A stretch of DNA of 64,000 nt from Convolutriloba macropyga (taxonomy: Eukaryota), in the NCBI RefSeq assembly GCF_964194025.1, contig NC_134477.1:46190001-46254000 (forward strand). The letters run 5' to 3'. Below the pieces are notes generated by a model. The model made no database searches and had not been told where the DNA came from. It worked only from the letters and a program-made list of their open reading frames with translations. Positions 27,061 through 40,524 of the stretch are shown here, piece after piece; the first letter of the stretch is position 1; every line of letters begins with the position of its first letter. Both the position numbers and the translations under genes were made by a program.

Positions 27061-28818
27061 TAACTCCACTGCAGTTCCTACCCACCAAGAATGAGGCTCA
27101 CCAATCCCCCCAAATGTCGATCCTACAGCATACGACCTCACCATGCTGGAGGTTGATGACGTTCTGCCATCACCCCTCACTCCATTGCTACTGGCACCCA
27201 CAGTACCCGGACCAGTTTGCGAAATGCAAACACCAGCCCTCTTCACGATGGCGCAATTTTCCCCACAGCCACAGTCTGTGGACACAGTCAAATATGCGCG
27301 GGTGAACCCACTGCCTTCACCTGCCACTTCTTCCTCCACTCTTTTCTACTGCGCACACTGCAGTATCCACATCACAACCACCAATCCAGTCTACGAGCAT
27401 TCCATCTTGGGCTGATGAAGTCGCCACAGCGGAGGAGTCAGGCAACTCCACACCAGAAACGGTTGTCCCCAACTGGGCGTACTCCGGTAGGCTTTGTGGA
27501 GCACGACCACGATCACAGCAACTGGTCTACACACCGCCAGTGATGCCAACACCGCATACACAACGCCCGCCGGTACCCTCACCGCGGTACGGCACGGCTT
27601 TACCACCTCTGAGACCACAACAATCTTTCCCTCAGCCAATCCCCTACAACAGACCCACGTCAACCGACAATTACCCGTGTACTGATCCCTCAACAAAGAA
27701 GCTCCCACGGCCAACAACACACGAAATATATATCCCGTTCGCTCTTCACCGATACAGGCTTCACAGTCGCCTGCTCGTCACACAACGAGCCCTTCCTGAG
27801 GCGCTCAGCCCTCATCTTCTCGCGGAAAGCCTAACCCATTCTCACCAACACACGGCATTCCACGCAGGTCACAACGACCAAATTTCAGATTCCACGAGTT
27901 TACAAACCCTCTCGGCATTAATACCATCCAGGGTATACAAGTGCCAGAGAGAATCGATTATACTTCCACTCCCCCTCAGCACACGCTGAAAGCAACAACC
28001 AGTTCCTGGACAATTGGAGAACGAATATGTTCAAGAAGGACGGAACAAGGATCTGCCCCTTGAATGCATGCACTTCCCTCTAAATCCTTGCTTCACGGAA
28101 CAATTTCGGCATCTCTCAAAGTACTTCTTTGCACTTGCAGATCGACCAAACGATTACCTTAATTCTTTCTTTACTCGTGACACTGCAGCCTACAAAATAT
28201 ATGCCAAATACGACCCCCTCTATTTACAATTTGGTTTTTTACATCCCACAAAGTTGGATGTAAATAACACCACTCATGAAGTAAATCGGGTGAAAAAGCT
28301 CCACACGATGCACACCTACTTATTTGTGCAGCATCATTTTCAACACACAAACCCGATCATCCACATGAACTCGCGTCTTCAGTATGCTAACACAAAGCTG
28401 ACTTCACCATATTATATGAATTACAGCTACATAATAAAACCCAACTATTGTGAAGGCACCCGTCGTAATTCTGACCCGATCAAAAACTATTTCTCCACTC
28501 TATGCCAAGACTATTCGCCCCATCCTCGTCCCAATCGAGTATCTACAATGTGTAGAAGGAAGCGCCACGAAGTGTGCCTATAGACACACTTTGAACCTCC
28601 TCTACAGGGACTGGATGGCCGATAAGCTCGACAATCGACAGCCTTCACCAGAAGAAACACAGATATTCAATCACCCTCTTGCGTTACAACCACACTGTAA
28701 CGCTGATCTGTATCCCCGTGCCCTTGCTGCTTGTCTGGCACGTGATCCGGAATTCCTCGCCTTCTTCCGTGATCCAGACAACCGAACTCCGGATTTCGAT
28801 TTCGAATACCGGACGTAG
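27061..28818 (+). pseudogene. Unassigned long ORF remnant downstream of env
   Basis: ORFs 27540-27989 and 28014-28583 share a frame separated by one TGA, flanked by 27143-27415 (CAHC motif) and 28450-28818. GC is higher than the flanks. A splice-acceptor-like TTAAC...TTTTTGTTTTAG ends at 27060. Confidence 0.55.
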
Positions 28819-29484
28819 GCCACCAACCTACAGCACCACTTTGGGCTCACAGACCCACAAAACGAGACTCACTGATCTCAAAAACTCAATCTAAAATTAT
28901 TTTTCTCTTTTTCTTATTTCTCTTTCTCTATTATCTATGTCTGAAGATCAGGATCAGTTCTTTTCTTCTTCTTCCCGGTCGGGACTTACAAAAGAAAGTA
29001 TTAAATCTCACTAATAGATTTAATAGAAAAAGTAGCTCACGCATTAGCTAAATGATGGATTTCCACCAGAAGGTAAGCTGGTAAATCCGACTGGTTCAAA
29101 CCTTATACCAGGTGGAGATAAACAGAAATTTCCTCGTGCAAACCAGACAGAGACTACGGACTACAAGCGATCCTCAAACTTGGAATAAATCCTCACTACA
29201 GGACAGTGAGAGCAGTTGGGCATACTCTCAACAGGACTGAAGTTACTGGCCAGCAGACCCTGTATCGGGCAGTCTTACTGGTTACACAAACGAACCTTTT
29301 TACTGACGACACTAGTCACTACTTCACTGACAGGGACTCCAGACGACGACACAAGTCACAATCCACTTCAGAGAGGACACAACTCATCACTCACTTCAAC
29401 CTACCCTTCAACGAGGATGACACATTCAATGTATTTCTGCTGCACTTCACAAATTCGGATTTGAAACTCTCAACCCCGGATGGA

Positions 29485-29788
29485 TGGAGCAGTGGAAATA
29501 CTGAATGTGCACCTTCAACCAATCAGAGACTGAGAAGACACTATTCTCTTTTATATAGAGAGAACTAAACTAACTATAGTCAGTCTTTTATTTAGATACA
29601 CCATGTGTATACCATTGACTCCGGTGCTATACTTCTTAACCACCGTAATAATAGAAGTTTACTCTCAGTGTTTTTCGGAGTCGGTTAGTCTTAGAGATAT
29701 AGGTAAGTCTACTTCGCGCGCAGAAATAAGTAGCCCTAGCTCTTCATACTTTAAGGCTGTAAAAGGAGCCCACATCGGGTCTGCCTTA
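29485..29788 (+). repeat. 3' LTR of env-bearing gypsy element
   Basis: Direct copy of 14272-14575, followed by TSD CGAG. Confidence 0.95.
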
Positions 29789-32700
29789 CGAGATTCAGTT
29801 ACAGACTTTAGTTTAAAAAGTGTTACCGAGTGCCAGAAATTGCACAAAAAGAGTTCAAAATTATAATGACTTTTTTGCAACAACTTTGTTTCGAGTTATT
29901 TTCAACTCGTTTGTCCTATATTCAAATAATTATATTTTGTTCATTTTCTAAATGAGTTACTGAAGTCTTTTATATACTCAAGCTGCTGGTTTTTGTAAAT
30001 TGGTGTCAATCAAACGTGAATTCCATAGAGGAGGTGTAATTCAAATACGGTCAAACATAAGTCGACGAGAATGCTGCAGGGTTTTTCGATGACTGCGGTT
30101 TTAAAGGCAAGAAAGGTATAAATTGAAATTCGACATTCCTTTTCTTATTCAATTTATGTTTTTGATTATCCCCTAAAAGACACTCATATTCTGTTCATTT
30201 GCTGTCAAAATGAAGCTCTTAAATTTAGGAGACACTGTGACAAAGTATTTAAAAAGTGCTCGAAACAGTTCATCAAGAAAACTTGTTGTTACATTTCCAA
30301 GATTTTTTCCCTTCTGATCCGAGTTGTTTTAAAGCGGAATTGTACCGGCAAATTCATAATTTTCACTTTCAAATTAAGGGTAAGTACCCGGCTATTACAA
30401 ATACAATTTTTTCAAACAACTGTTTTTTTTCCTTTTTTTTAATTCAAAGAAATTATAAAGATCTTCTGATAACCTTACAATTCAAAACAAAATTTCTGAT
30501 CACGTTTTACCTACTAATTAGTTTAAAAAATCAGAGAGATCAACAGAACAAAGATAAAAAGGCTTCAGTTTTCGTTTGTTTCTTTCGCGCTCTCTAAAAA
30601 TAATTGTATATCATTCCTTCATTAATTGTTTTTTCCTTTTGCTTATTTAAAATCTTTGTCAGTTTAGAAACTTCGATTCACAAATTTAATAAAAAACTGT
30701 TTTCTGTTTTGGTATTATGGCAAAACAATGAAAAAAAAACTATTTAAAAAAACTAAAAGAGAAACGACGTGGAAAATGAAGAACCTCAAAGAAAGTTTTT
30801 TTGCGCTTTGAACACTTTTTCATGGAGTTATATTTTAATTACCACTTTGTTTCAATTTTCCGCAATTTAGCGTAACTATGAATTCTTAATTTATTAACTT
30901 AATTTTAAAAAGTTTACAACAATTTTTAATATAAAGAATTTTTTTTACCCCAACCCCCCAAACACCTTCATGACTTTTTTTGTGTTATCCCGCCAATTTT
31001 TTTAAAAAAAAAAATCAAAGCACCGCTTTAAACCTGCAATAAAAATGTAAATAAACATCAGAAGTAGACTCTGAGGGCTACAAAATGATGCTTACCATTT
31101 TTGTCTACAGTTCGTAATCAAAAATGTTCGAACAAGGAGAACATAGCCGACAGATTGCCGGAAAATAGCCGCCGTTGACGCTATTGATGCATATCTGGAT
31201 TGAAACCGAAAAAAAAGAAGAGATACACTGAACAAAATTTTTTCTATTTTTTTTTCAGTGTCAAAAGAGTTCCATTTCGGCGTGCAGTTTTGGTTGGATT
31301 CTAAAACTATACTTAATTCAGCTTCTAAACTAAAACCTAACAAGTTTAATACCAATTTCAGCTAGCAAACACTCTAAAGAACTTTGATAACCCAATTCTC
31401 AATGAAAAAATGACCGGGTTTCATTGGTTTATCCCGTCTCTTTTGATTTTGCTCTTTTGCTATTGAATTTATTCCCTATCTTGAGTATTTCAATGAGTGA
31501 ATGGATTTAAACGACACTCAGTTGAAACAGTGAGTGAGGTAAGTCAGAAGTCAAACGTGAAAGTCGTGACTTATGTAAAAGAAAAAACGTGATCAAACGG
31601 TAAAGCGAAATAAAAAAACAAAGAAGGACAAGTCCTGAAATACATTTCAATGAATTGTTTTAATTTACGACCTGACAATCAGTTAGTCTGCTCTAAAAGG
31701 CAAATGAGAGCTGATAATAATGAGACTAATACAACAACACAAGAACAACAAATACAAGCAAGATTTAAAAAAGTTCAACATTTAATTTTTGAAAAGAAGT
31801 GATCAATACCAAAACACAATTGCTATGAAGTCAAACTTCCAACTATACCTCTCCACTTTTCATAAATCAGATGCCATTGAATGACAATGGGTCCTCCCAC
31901 TAGTAATATTAAATAACAAGCCAAAAATAACCAAAAACCAAAAAAATTCGCCTACATTTTTTGAAAACACTTAGTATAAAGGTAACAGATCGGAACAGCT
32001 ACTGAGGGATACAATTACACTAAATAGTTTAAATCCCAACTACCAACGTTGAGGCCTGTCATCAGTGAATTGAAGTGATAAGACAGCAATAACTACAACA
32101 AACACTAGCAAAACAAAAAAATCAGTAAGATTTCTTTTTAGAAAAACGAACCAGCGATCCAGTGTATAAATCACAAAAGGCAATAGCTATGAACTGAATT
32201 GATGAGCTTTAATTGAAACCCTTTTTTAGGAACCGATGAATTTCGATAAATATTTTTGAGAACAATTAGTTTCAATGTCATAGAAAGCTCTAGCTTTGAA
32301 CGAAAACAATTAAATCTATAATAGTAATTCCTATTAGCAGCGTCAGATACCTGTCCCAATTAGATTACAAGATAAGACATCAAAAAATACAATAAATACT
32401 TGCAGAACCCAAAAAATCAGTCATGTTTTTTTAGAAAAAGTAGTGTCGAAGTCATGAAAACCACTAGCTATTAATTCGAGCCATTAATTAGTTTCTTTTA
32501 TGCCTCATTGGCAACCAATCAGACCTGTCATTGATAATACTAAGTGATAATACAACAAATATTACAATAGTATTTTGATATAAATCACGCCTCAAACGTA
32601 CTCGATTTTTCGCACCCTTTACTGTTTCAGTTTCACCAAAATCACCCATCTAATTTGACTTCTCACTGACGTGAAAAAGCCGAAAAAAGCCTGAACAGAT

Positions 32701-33535
32701 CTTAAAAAACATACCAGGACAAGTCCTGGCGTACAATTCAAAGAATTTTCATTGACTAAACAAAAAATTAGACTAGAACGGACTATGATTGAACTGGAAA
32801 ATCAGATCAAAGTTAAAAAAAAAACAGAAAATCAATTTCAAAATGCCGCATGTGAACAAAAAACCACCCGCGAGAAGTGGAAATTTGGTTCAAACTAAAA
32901 AGTAGACCCAAAATGAACTATGAAGAGGCTGGGAAAACTATTTAGAAAAAAAATCCGATCCAAAAAATCGAAAAACAGTAAATATCACAGTGAAATTGCC
33001 ACACGTGAACAAAAAACCACTAGCGAGAAAGCGAATTTTTTTCTCACTCTATTTTAAAATTAGAGCGAAAAAATTACCGACGCAAAACCACTCGCTTTTT
33101 CGCTCCACTTCCTGTTTCGGTGCGACCAAAATCACTACTCCAATTTGACTTCACAAGTCTTGAAAATAAGTGAACAGATCTCAAAAAATAACAGCGCCCG
33201 AACACAATTCAAATTATTTCAATTGTAAAAAAGTAGCGCACCAATAAAATTCAAATTCTTTGAATTGTAAAAAAGGACAGTGCCTAAATAATAGTCGTTT
33301 GAGAGGCTGACGGCGGCTGTTAAAAAACCATTCACCTAGCAAACAGCAAAATCAAAGTGTTCATAAATTTACAACTGCAGCTCTATTCAATAAATAAGAT
33401 CAGATAATGACCGCATAATCCATTCGATACTTTTATTCTGATTCTTACATGTAAATATCATCATAATTAATTATTATTAATCTTTACAGCGCATTTATGC
33501 AATTTGTACAGGTGGGCTGCCGCATCACACAATTT

Positions 33536-33768
33536 TTATCCCAATTTAATCATAACCACACCAATTATGGAAAGGAAGCAAGAGATCATCTGTGGTCTCA
33601 TTTCTTCGACACCCGACGTGAACTTGTTACGGTCAAATCTGGCCACAGCTTCTACGTCATCACTCAGATGTTCTCGCAAATCCAACAGGAATATTCCAGT
33701 GTTTCCAGTCAAGTAGAGACTGATGTTTTCAGGCGGTATATTCTCAGGGATCAAGGTGTAATCGATTT
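33536..33768 (-). CDS. NIDO-like protein paralogue B, terminal exon 4 (end of domain 2 plus hydrophobic GPI-like tail)
   Basis: Acceptor TGTTTCAG| (33769-33770), phase 1, matching the exon 3 donor. Encodes IDYTLIP...LTGNTGIFLLDL...MISCFLSIIGVVMIKLG*. AATAAA on the minus strand at 33432-33437. Confidence 0.75.
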
Positions 33769-34295
33769 CTGAAACAGTTTTAATTATACACAATTAACTT
33801 TACGTGTGACCCATTAGTTTGATTTTCTCAGAAGCATTTTTTTTCTGAAAATCAATTATTGCTTTATAACTATACAAAATAATTATCTTTGAGATAAGAA
33901 AACAATGTTAACATTAACAACTGTAAAGCAATTCTCATTGTGTGTGATGCGCTAAAACCATTATTTAGGAATTTGCGTAATTTTTTGATAACGTAGAGTT
34001 TTCTACAGCAGCTATACATCAGTAGCAAGGATAAATGTTACAAATCTGAAAAGCATCAACTTAAAACTGCCACGGTAGTTACAAGCAACTAATGTACCTA
34101 TATAAACGTATTTTCAAAGAAAATTGTTGCAACTTACCGATCAATTAAGATAATTTAAGGTAAATAAGTGTAGTCAAATTTTGCAATGTATCAATCGGCA
34201 AAAGGGAGAAATCAGCTACAAGAGTTAGGAATTTATTCAATAAGTTGGTAAAAGGTACCGGAGGACGTTTTTAGCGTGAGAATTTGATTGCTTAC

Positions 34296-34434
34296 TGTTT
34301 CCCGGTCCATTTATACCAGCAATGAGTTGTTCACCAGCTACAGTTTGAGTGTATCCCATTTCGAAGTAGTAAATTATGGCCACACAACGCTGTCTGTCAG
34401 TGCCATCATAGCCATTGTCACATACAACACTCAA
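34296..34434 (-). CDS. NIDO-like protein paralogue B, exon 3 (139 nt)
   Basis: TTTTAG| phase-0 acceptor and A|GTAAGC donor. LSVVCDNGYDG...VAIIYY...LIAGINGPGN continues NTFQ as expected for NIDO (NTFQ-VL...DG..FAIFLY...AGFN). Confidence 0.85.
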
Positions 34435-34522
34435 CTAAAATCATAGCCCGTGAAAAAACATGCTTTATCTTGCCAAGATCTTGCATGTTCCATGTCGAGA
34501 AAATATCAATATATGAACGAAA

Positions 34523-34959
34523 GGATCTTTTCAACAATCGCCCCCTTTTGTACCTAGTAGAGAATCTCCCCCTTCTCTGCTATACTTTTTACGACAATAT
34601 TACTCGGCCTACGGTAATGTAGCCGAATATGGGTTTGAGCGCAACTGCGTACCGCTGTTCACGGCCATGCTTCTCATGCGCTGTGGGATGTAATCCGGAA
34701 ATCGCCGGTCAGTTATCGCGGCAAAGCTACGACGCGCGTGAAGCGCCGCCACCAACCCACCAGTCGGAAATTCAATTCGCTTTGTATTCCAATTCGTTTA
34801 ATTGGCATAGCATGGCGTCTTTTATTCTATTCGGTATAACATAGTATGCGCATACGTGGAAAGTTATTAGTTGTCTCTGTTTGGTTAATGAATTGCGCGC
34901 TTAAATTCCATTCAAAAATAGCCCCCCTTTTGCAAAAGGGGCCATTGTTGAAAAGATCC
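34523..34959. mobile_element. MITE / non-autonomous DNA transposon, 437 bp, in intron
   Basis: About 27-bp terminal inverted repeats: GGATCTTTTCAACAATCGCCCCCTTTTG and CAAAAGGGGCCATTGTTGAAAAGATCC. Interior is GC-richer than the flanks. TSD unclear (AAA on both sides). Confidence 0.85.
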
Positions 34960-37800
34960 AAACAAACTGTAAGATCTCCCCATGGGTATGAAAAAAACTG
35001 GATCTCGGCACCATACACAAGAAATTTTACCTTTCTGAGTTGTAGACATTAATTTTCTTTTGCCAAGATTTAACAAGATTTTGGCACCATGAACTTTTCC
35101 TAAAATATCTTACCAAAATCTAACCAAAGTGTTCCGAGTAGTAATGTCCTATCAAAATAAAAAGTCCGAGAGATCAAAAGTTCAACAGAACGATGATCAA
35201 AAAGTTTCAGTTTTCTTTTGTCTCTTTCATACTCTATGTAAAAAAATAATTGTCGATTCATAGGTTTAATAAAACTGTTTTCTGTTTTGGAATTATGGCA
35301 AAACTATTTTTTTAGAATCTGGCCAAGATTTAACTAAGGCGTTCCGAGCATTTTTGCCCTATCAAGATCTTGGCAAAAGATTTCAATTTTTTGCCAGATT
35401 TATAATGATCTGGTATGAAATGACAAGGCATATCAAGTTTTGATTCTCTGACTAACTGAAGGGTTTTTGTCGAGCTTAATTCCAGAGTTTTTGTGTGAGT
35501 CATAGTAATAATTGAGATGCACGCTGTTTTTGCTCTCATTCTCCTGATATTTAATTTACCATTTGATAGCGATTTACCCTGTCCCTTTTGACACCAAAAT
35601 CAAGCAAAGTTAAACAAAGGAGCTTTATAGTGTGGCATGGTAAGCCATCGTTTCCACGGTAAGTGACTCAGCTTGCTACTTGGTAGAAACAATCATTTTC
35701 ACTCTAATAACTCCAGATGTTAAAAAATGTGTTGATCATAGAGGAAATGGAAATCTGTCCCTTAAGATGCTGAAATCATATAATTTTCGATTGAACGACT
35801 GCAGCAGCCAAAATGACACTTTTTGCATGTCAGTTTTGTATACGTCAGAAACATCTGCAACAAAAACTTTTCGAACTGATGGCTGCATTGAAAACATAGA
35901 ATATGACAGGAAAATAGAAAGATTTAGTAGTTCCATTTGTTTTTCGGTTTGCGTGCTCCAGTGTGTCTGTTTTACATTACCATGGAAGAAGTTTGAGGTT
36001 CAACTGTTAACTTGAATGCAAATTGATTGCAAAAATTTTATACTCTTCGTGTTTGCATAGAATAATAAATTTGAGCAGCATGAGACTGTTTCCTTAGTTT
36101 CTAAAATCCACATTTTTGATCCCTTTGATCTGACAACGTGAGTTTTTATCATAAATAGCTATTTCAATGTGCACTTATAGTTTATTATACCTATTTCCTT
36201 GTGGATTGCGATCTAACTTTGCCAGCTTTTGGATTTATTTGCCAGAATAAATGATTTACTTTTTTCTACTCACTGTGCTCTTCAGACCTTTCACTGGACG
36301 TTACATGAACCGTGAAGGGTTAATTGCTGAAGTTTTCAGCGAATTTCATAAATTGTTCACTAGATCAGGGTGCCAAATAATTCGTTATTGACTGCCACTT
36401 CTTTAATAACCGGCAATCAATTTTTACAATTCAGCTAATCGGCAATTAACACTCCTATTGAATTTACTTCACTGATCTCCTATTCTCTTATTGGTTCCAT
36501 TTTCAAGTTAGTTCGTAGTTTTTTCTGTTGGGTCAAACTCTAATCTTCAAAGTTTAAGATGCAACTTGTTTGGCTTTAAAAAATTAAGGAATGAGATGTC
36601 AAGTAATAAGATGAACTTCCTTCCAAAAAAATGGGTGGGTGGGTTCTTCGCAATACAGATTTTAATGCAATTTTTTCATTGATGTCGAGTTTCTATGGAA
36701 GGAATATTTACGGCCGAGCCTTAAATCTTGTCTTTAAGGCGATAATGTCCCAAAAAAAATCTCACTGCTGCTGCCGCAAGATGCCCCTTTCATCAAAAAA
36801 GAGAAATACAAGGAGAACGAAGAAAAAACAATGTTCATGCGGTTAAGTCCGGTTAAGTCAGTGAAAGTAGATTAATAAATGGAACAAAATAACGAAACTC
36901 CGATATTTTCCGTTGTTTTATCGGTAAATTTCAACTCTTGGTTTCTTTCTTCCAAAGCTACTGTTAAAAAACATAGGTCGTTTTATTGGAGCAAATTTAA
37001 AAAATCTTTTTTTTTTGAACTTCCAAATATTTCACAACAAAAATTGTTTAAATTAGGTTTCGGTGAGAAAACGGTGTTTGGACAAAAATTCGTTTTCTCG
37101 CTTGTGGTTCTTTGTTCAAATGCGACATTTTGATACTGATTTTTACTATTTTTCAATTTTTCTATTTGATTGTTTTCTAAATGGCGTTCCCAATCCATGC
37201 ATAGTCCATTCTGGTTCGTTTTCTTAATTAATCAGTGAAAATCGTGTCAAGTTTGTTTAACTTCAGCTTTACCTTAAGTCACAGCTTGTTCAAAAGTTTG
37301 ACTTCTCTAGTCTAGATTCATTCTCTGCTCAAAGTGTTTTTAAACAGCAGTTGGTTGCTCAGAAAAGCAATCTAAAGTGAACAGAATCAGTACCAGAAAA
37401 CGAAATCAAAATGATCTCAAATTCTACAGTTTTTTTCTGCAATTTTCGGCAGGATTTTTTTAAATGGTTTTTTTAATGCACTCAGAGTCCTTGTCCTAGT
37501 CCTTGTCCTTGCTTCCGGATTTGTCCTGCTATGTTTTTACGTTTAGAACGAGAATTTTGAAAAGTCACATCATTAACACCCATGTGCAAACATATTTAAC
37601 ATCACATATCATCACGTCATTGCTATGGAAATTAACCTCTCTCTTACATCTTTTTGGTTGAATTTTTGAGGGGTCAATATTCTAATACTCGCTAAGTAAA
37701 CGCCATTACCTGCGGCTCAATATCTGCTTGAACTGATTTTTCGGGTTTACCTTTTGAATAAGTTCTCCCTCATATCCTGTCCCTTATAAAATTTACTCAC

Positions 37801-38393
37801 CTGAAAAGTGTTAGTGTTAACAATATCATTCGGCCGATCACCCACATGATACCAAGTCGCAATGTATCCAAAATCAGCATCAAACTTCGGATCTTGGAGC
37901 TTGAATATTACAGTTGACAAGTCATTATCCGACATCCGTCGATATGAGACCTCGGCACCATCAATATCTCGTTTCTGTCGCGTACCCGAGACAAATTTGT
38001 TCTGAATCAAAGCCGGCGCAATTATGTACTCTCTCAAGTCAAAGAAATCTGAGGGAGTGATTGAAATTGCAGATGCATTTTTGCAATCAAGCACAACATA
38101 GCCATCGTTGCATATACAAACTTTATTAAATTGAATGTCGAATATTTTAATGTTGTTGCTGAGCTGGACAGGATCCGAGCATATGCCATCAGTGAGCTGA
38201 TTCAAACTATTGCCAGCATCATCACCAATCGGAAATTCAGCGCAGAAACTGCCCGGGTTAAGAGGCATGATTGGGTCACGTGATCCCCTTTGGTCCAATT
38301 CAAACAACCAGGTTCTAGTGTAATTGTTATTGTCTGTAGTTGCCAAAAGTGAGACATTTGCTGTTCCCGATCCTTCCATTTCCCAAAGAGTAA
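37801..38393 (-). CDS. NIDO-like protein paralogue B, exon 2 (593 nt)
   Basis: TTTTTAG| acceptor and CAG|GTGAGT donor. Highly similar to 4284-4876. Contains RQKR and YIATWYHV...NTFQ. Confidence 0.88.
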
Positions 38394-39599
38394 CTAAAAA
38401 ATTATATATAATCAACTACATTTTGGATAGAAAGTCTAGATCTTCTTGCAGTTGGTTAATTTCGATTTACAACACACAATTCTTTCAAAACACTTTTTGA
38501 ATATTTGTTAAGAACTTAAAATGGAATTTTTTGTTACCAAGAACTTTGTGATGGAACTTTCACACGATACAAGAGGCTGGGTTATGTGTTTAGGAGTATT
38601 GCATACTTTCCTTAATTTTAAATCCAAATGGAAAAAAAATAGAAAAAAAAGGATAGCAGATAAATTGCAAGAGAAACAATACAAAAACAAAAATATTACA
38701 AAGTTATTGACGTGTAAGAACAGGCAAGTCTATGCCAAAACGAACATGTTCCTGCAATACAATCAATTAAGATATATAGCAGTTAGTCACTTGACTCGGA
38801 AGAAACTTACAAGTCAACATTTTGGTCAACAAGAGGCACACACAAAAATCATTTGACTCAAAGTACTAACAAATTTGTAATTTATCATGAGTTAGCTTTC
38901 TACTTTAAAGGAAAGTACGCAAGATATCTTTAGAACAATGTCGCCTTTTGAAAACAAAACCAAAGAGGCAATGCTCCACGTAAAAGATTTTGCTTTTGCA
39001 AAACCGCCAACTATCGACTTTTGCAGAATAAACAAAAAGCTGGAAGCGCACGATATCGTAAAAACATCTCAAGAACATCACTGATTACATACTCTTAGCG
39101 CTAAAAACAGAGTTCTAGCGGGTGTTGTCGGCAAAACATATTGTAATTTAGAAAATTTGAATTGACAATTAACTTGGTAAACATAACTATGTGCATCGAT
39201 ATAACAGATCAACAGTTTAATTAATCATCTTTCATCAGTCCATTTCAATTCTCCGCAAAAGAACTTTTGTTTTTAGTCTCCCCACTTTGGCCAGGAAAGA
39301 TAAAAAGCTTGTGTTTGAAAAAATTAAAATATCCTGAGTGGTTTCTCTGGACTGGATCAACTACTGAAGTTCCACCTACTTGATCAGGTAACAACACAAT
39401 GACAAGAACAAGTACTACGTTATTTCAGATGCCTTAGAAGAATTTTTCTTTCCTTTGGTGAGCTTGGAAATTCTCTCAAAATCAGCAAAGACTTTAATGG
39501 CGCCCGGGCTCGCAACATTACCGCAGACCCATAAATTACATTTACTGAGAAAAACCTTGACAACCTGTCGGGAGCAATAGAAAACACTTCCAATAGATA

Positions 39600-39870
39600 A
39601 CTTCTGCTGCCTGAAACTGTGGCTATCCTTTCCAAAGTTTTTTAGAAGATTGAAAACAAACCATTTACTAAGAATTACACAGCCAGTAGCACAAATAGTT
39701 GACTGCCTTGACTTCTTAGCCCTATTTCAATGACGTTCAAAGAACTCAGCACAACACCAGGAGCAGCCGTACGGCTCAATATCTTTGATGGCAGAAAAAT
39801 GTCTTCTGGTAAAGAAAAGCTTTGAGTCATAAGGTTTTGTTCTTCCAAAACTGGAGGCAATTTAGCCATT
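39600..39870 (+). mobile_element. Possible very decayed non-LTR (LINE) RT fragment
   Basis: Translations VAILSKVF*KI and KALSHKVL resemble LINE RT motifs (LSKVFEKI; KAFDSVSH.IL). Weak. Confidence 0.25.
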
Positions 39871-40524
39871 GAAAACGGTGTTACGATTCGGTCTCAATTT
39901 CTATCATGTGTTGCAATTGAGTGCTCCAAGTCCGTGATACACAACAGCATGGTCACTTAATGCATCCAGAGTTCTGTAAAAGCAATATAGGCATATTCTC
40001 TTAAAGTCTTAATTTGTTTTCTGCAAGTCTGTGCTTTACGCTTATCCCAAATTAATTGTTGGACAAAAAGAGACCTGAAGCAGGTACAGGAAATGCAGAT
40101 ACTCGTGCGCTGGATTGTGGAAGTGACAGCAACGAAAGTCTAGCATTCTCTATCACTGAATTTTGGTCATCTTTCGAGTCTGCAAACTTCTGAAGATCTA
40201 TAACCTCAATTTTTTTGTTTCATAATAGCAGACAAAATGAATCAAAAGTCTCATAGGGAGCTGCAAAACCAGGTTCCTCTTTGTTAGACAGACCTGAGAT
40301 TTTTGTAACCAAAGCACTTGATGCTGTGAGGGATCCCACGTAACAAGCTTGATGTTTCTGTTGAGGTTGTTTGATCCCTTAATAAGACAGTTTTCAGGAA
40401 GACATGCGTGCTGCCATGTGATATAGGAAAAAACTGTTCCAAGATATTAATCTAAAGTCTCTGTTTGAAAATTGTCGAAAATTTTCTTCAACACATCTTA
40501 TTCAATTGTTGGTGTTTTTTAAGG

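Larger units (their letters stand above)
14272..29788 (+). mobile_element. Full-length, decayed env-bearing Ty3/gypsy LTR retrotransposon (15.5 kb)
   Basis: Two 304-bp LTRs; 4-bp TSD CGAG (14268-14271 / 29789-29792); TGG-starting PBS; domain order gag-PR-RT-RH-IN; downstream glycoprotein-like ORF. Many stops and frameshifts. Confidence 0.95.
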
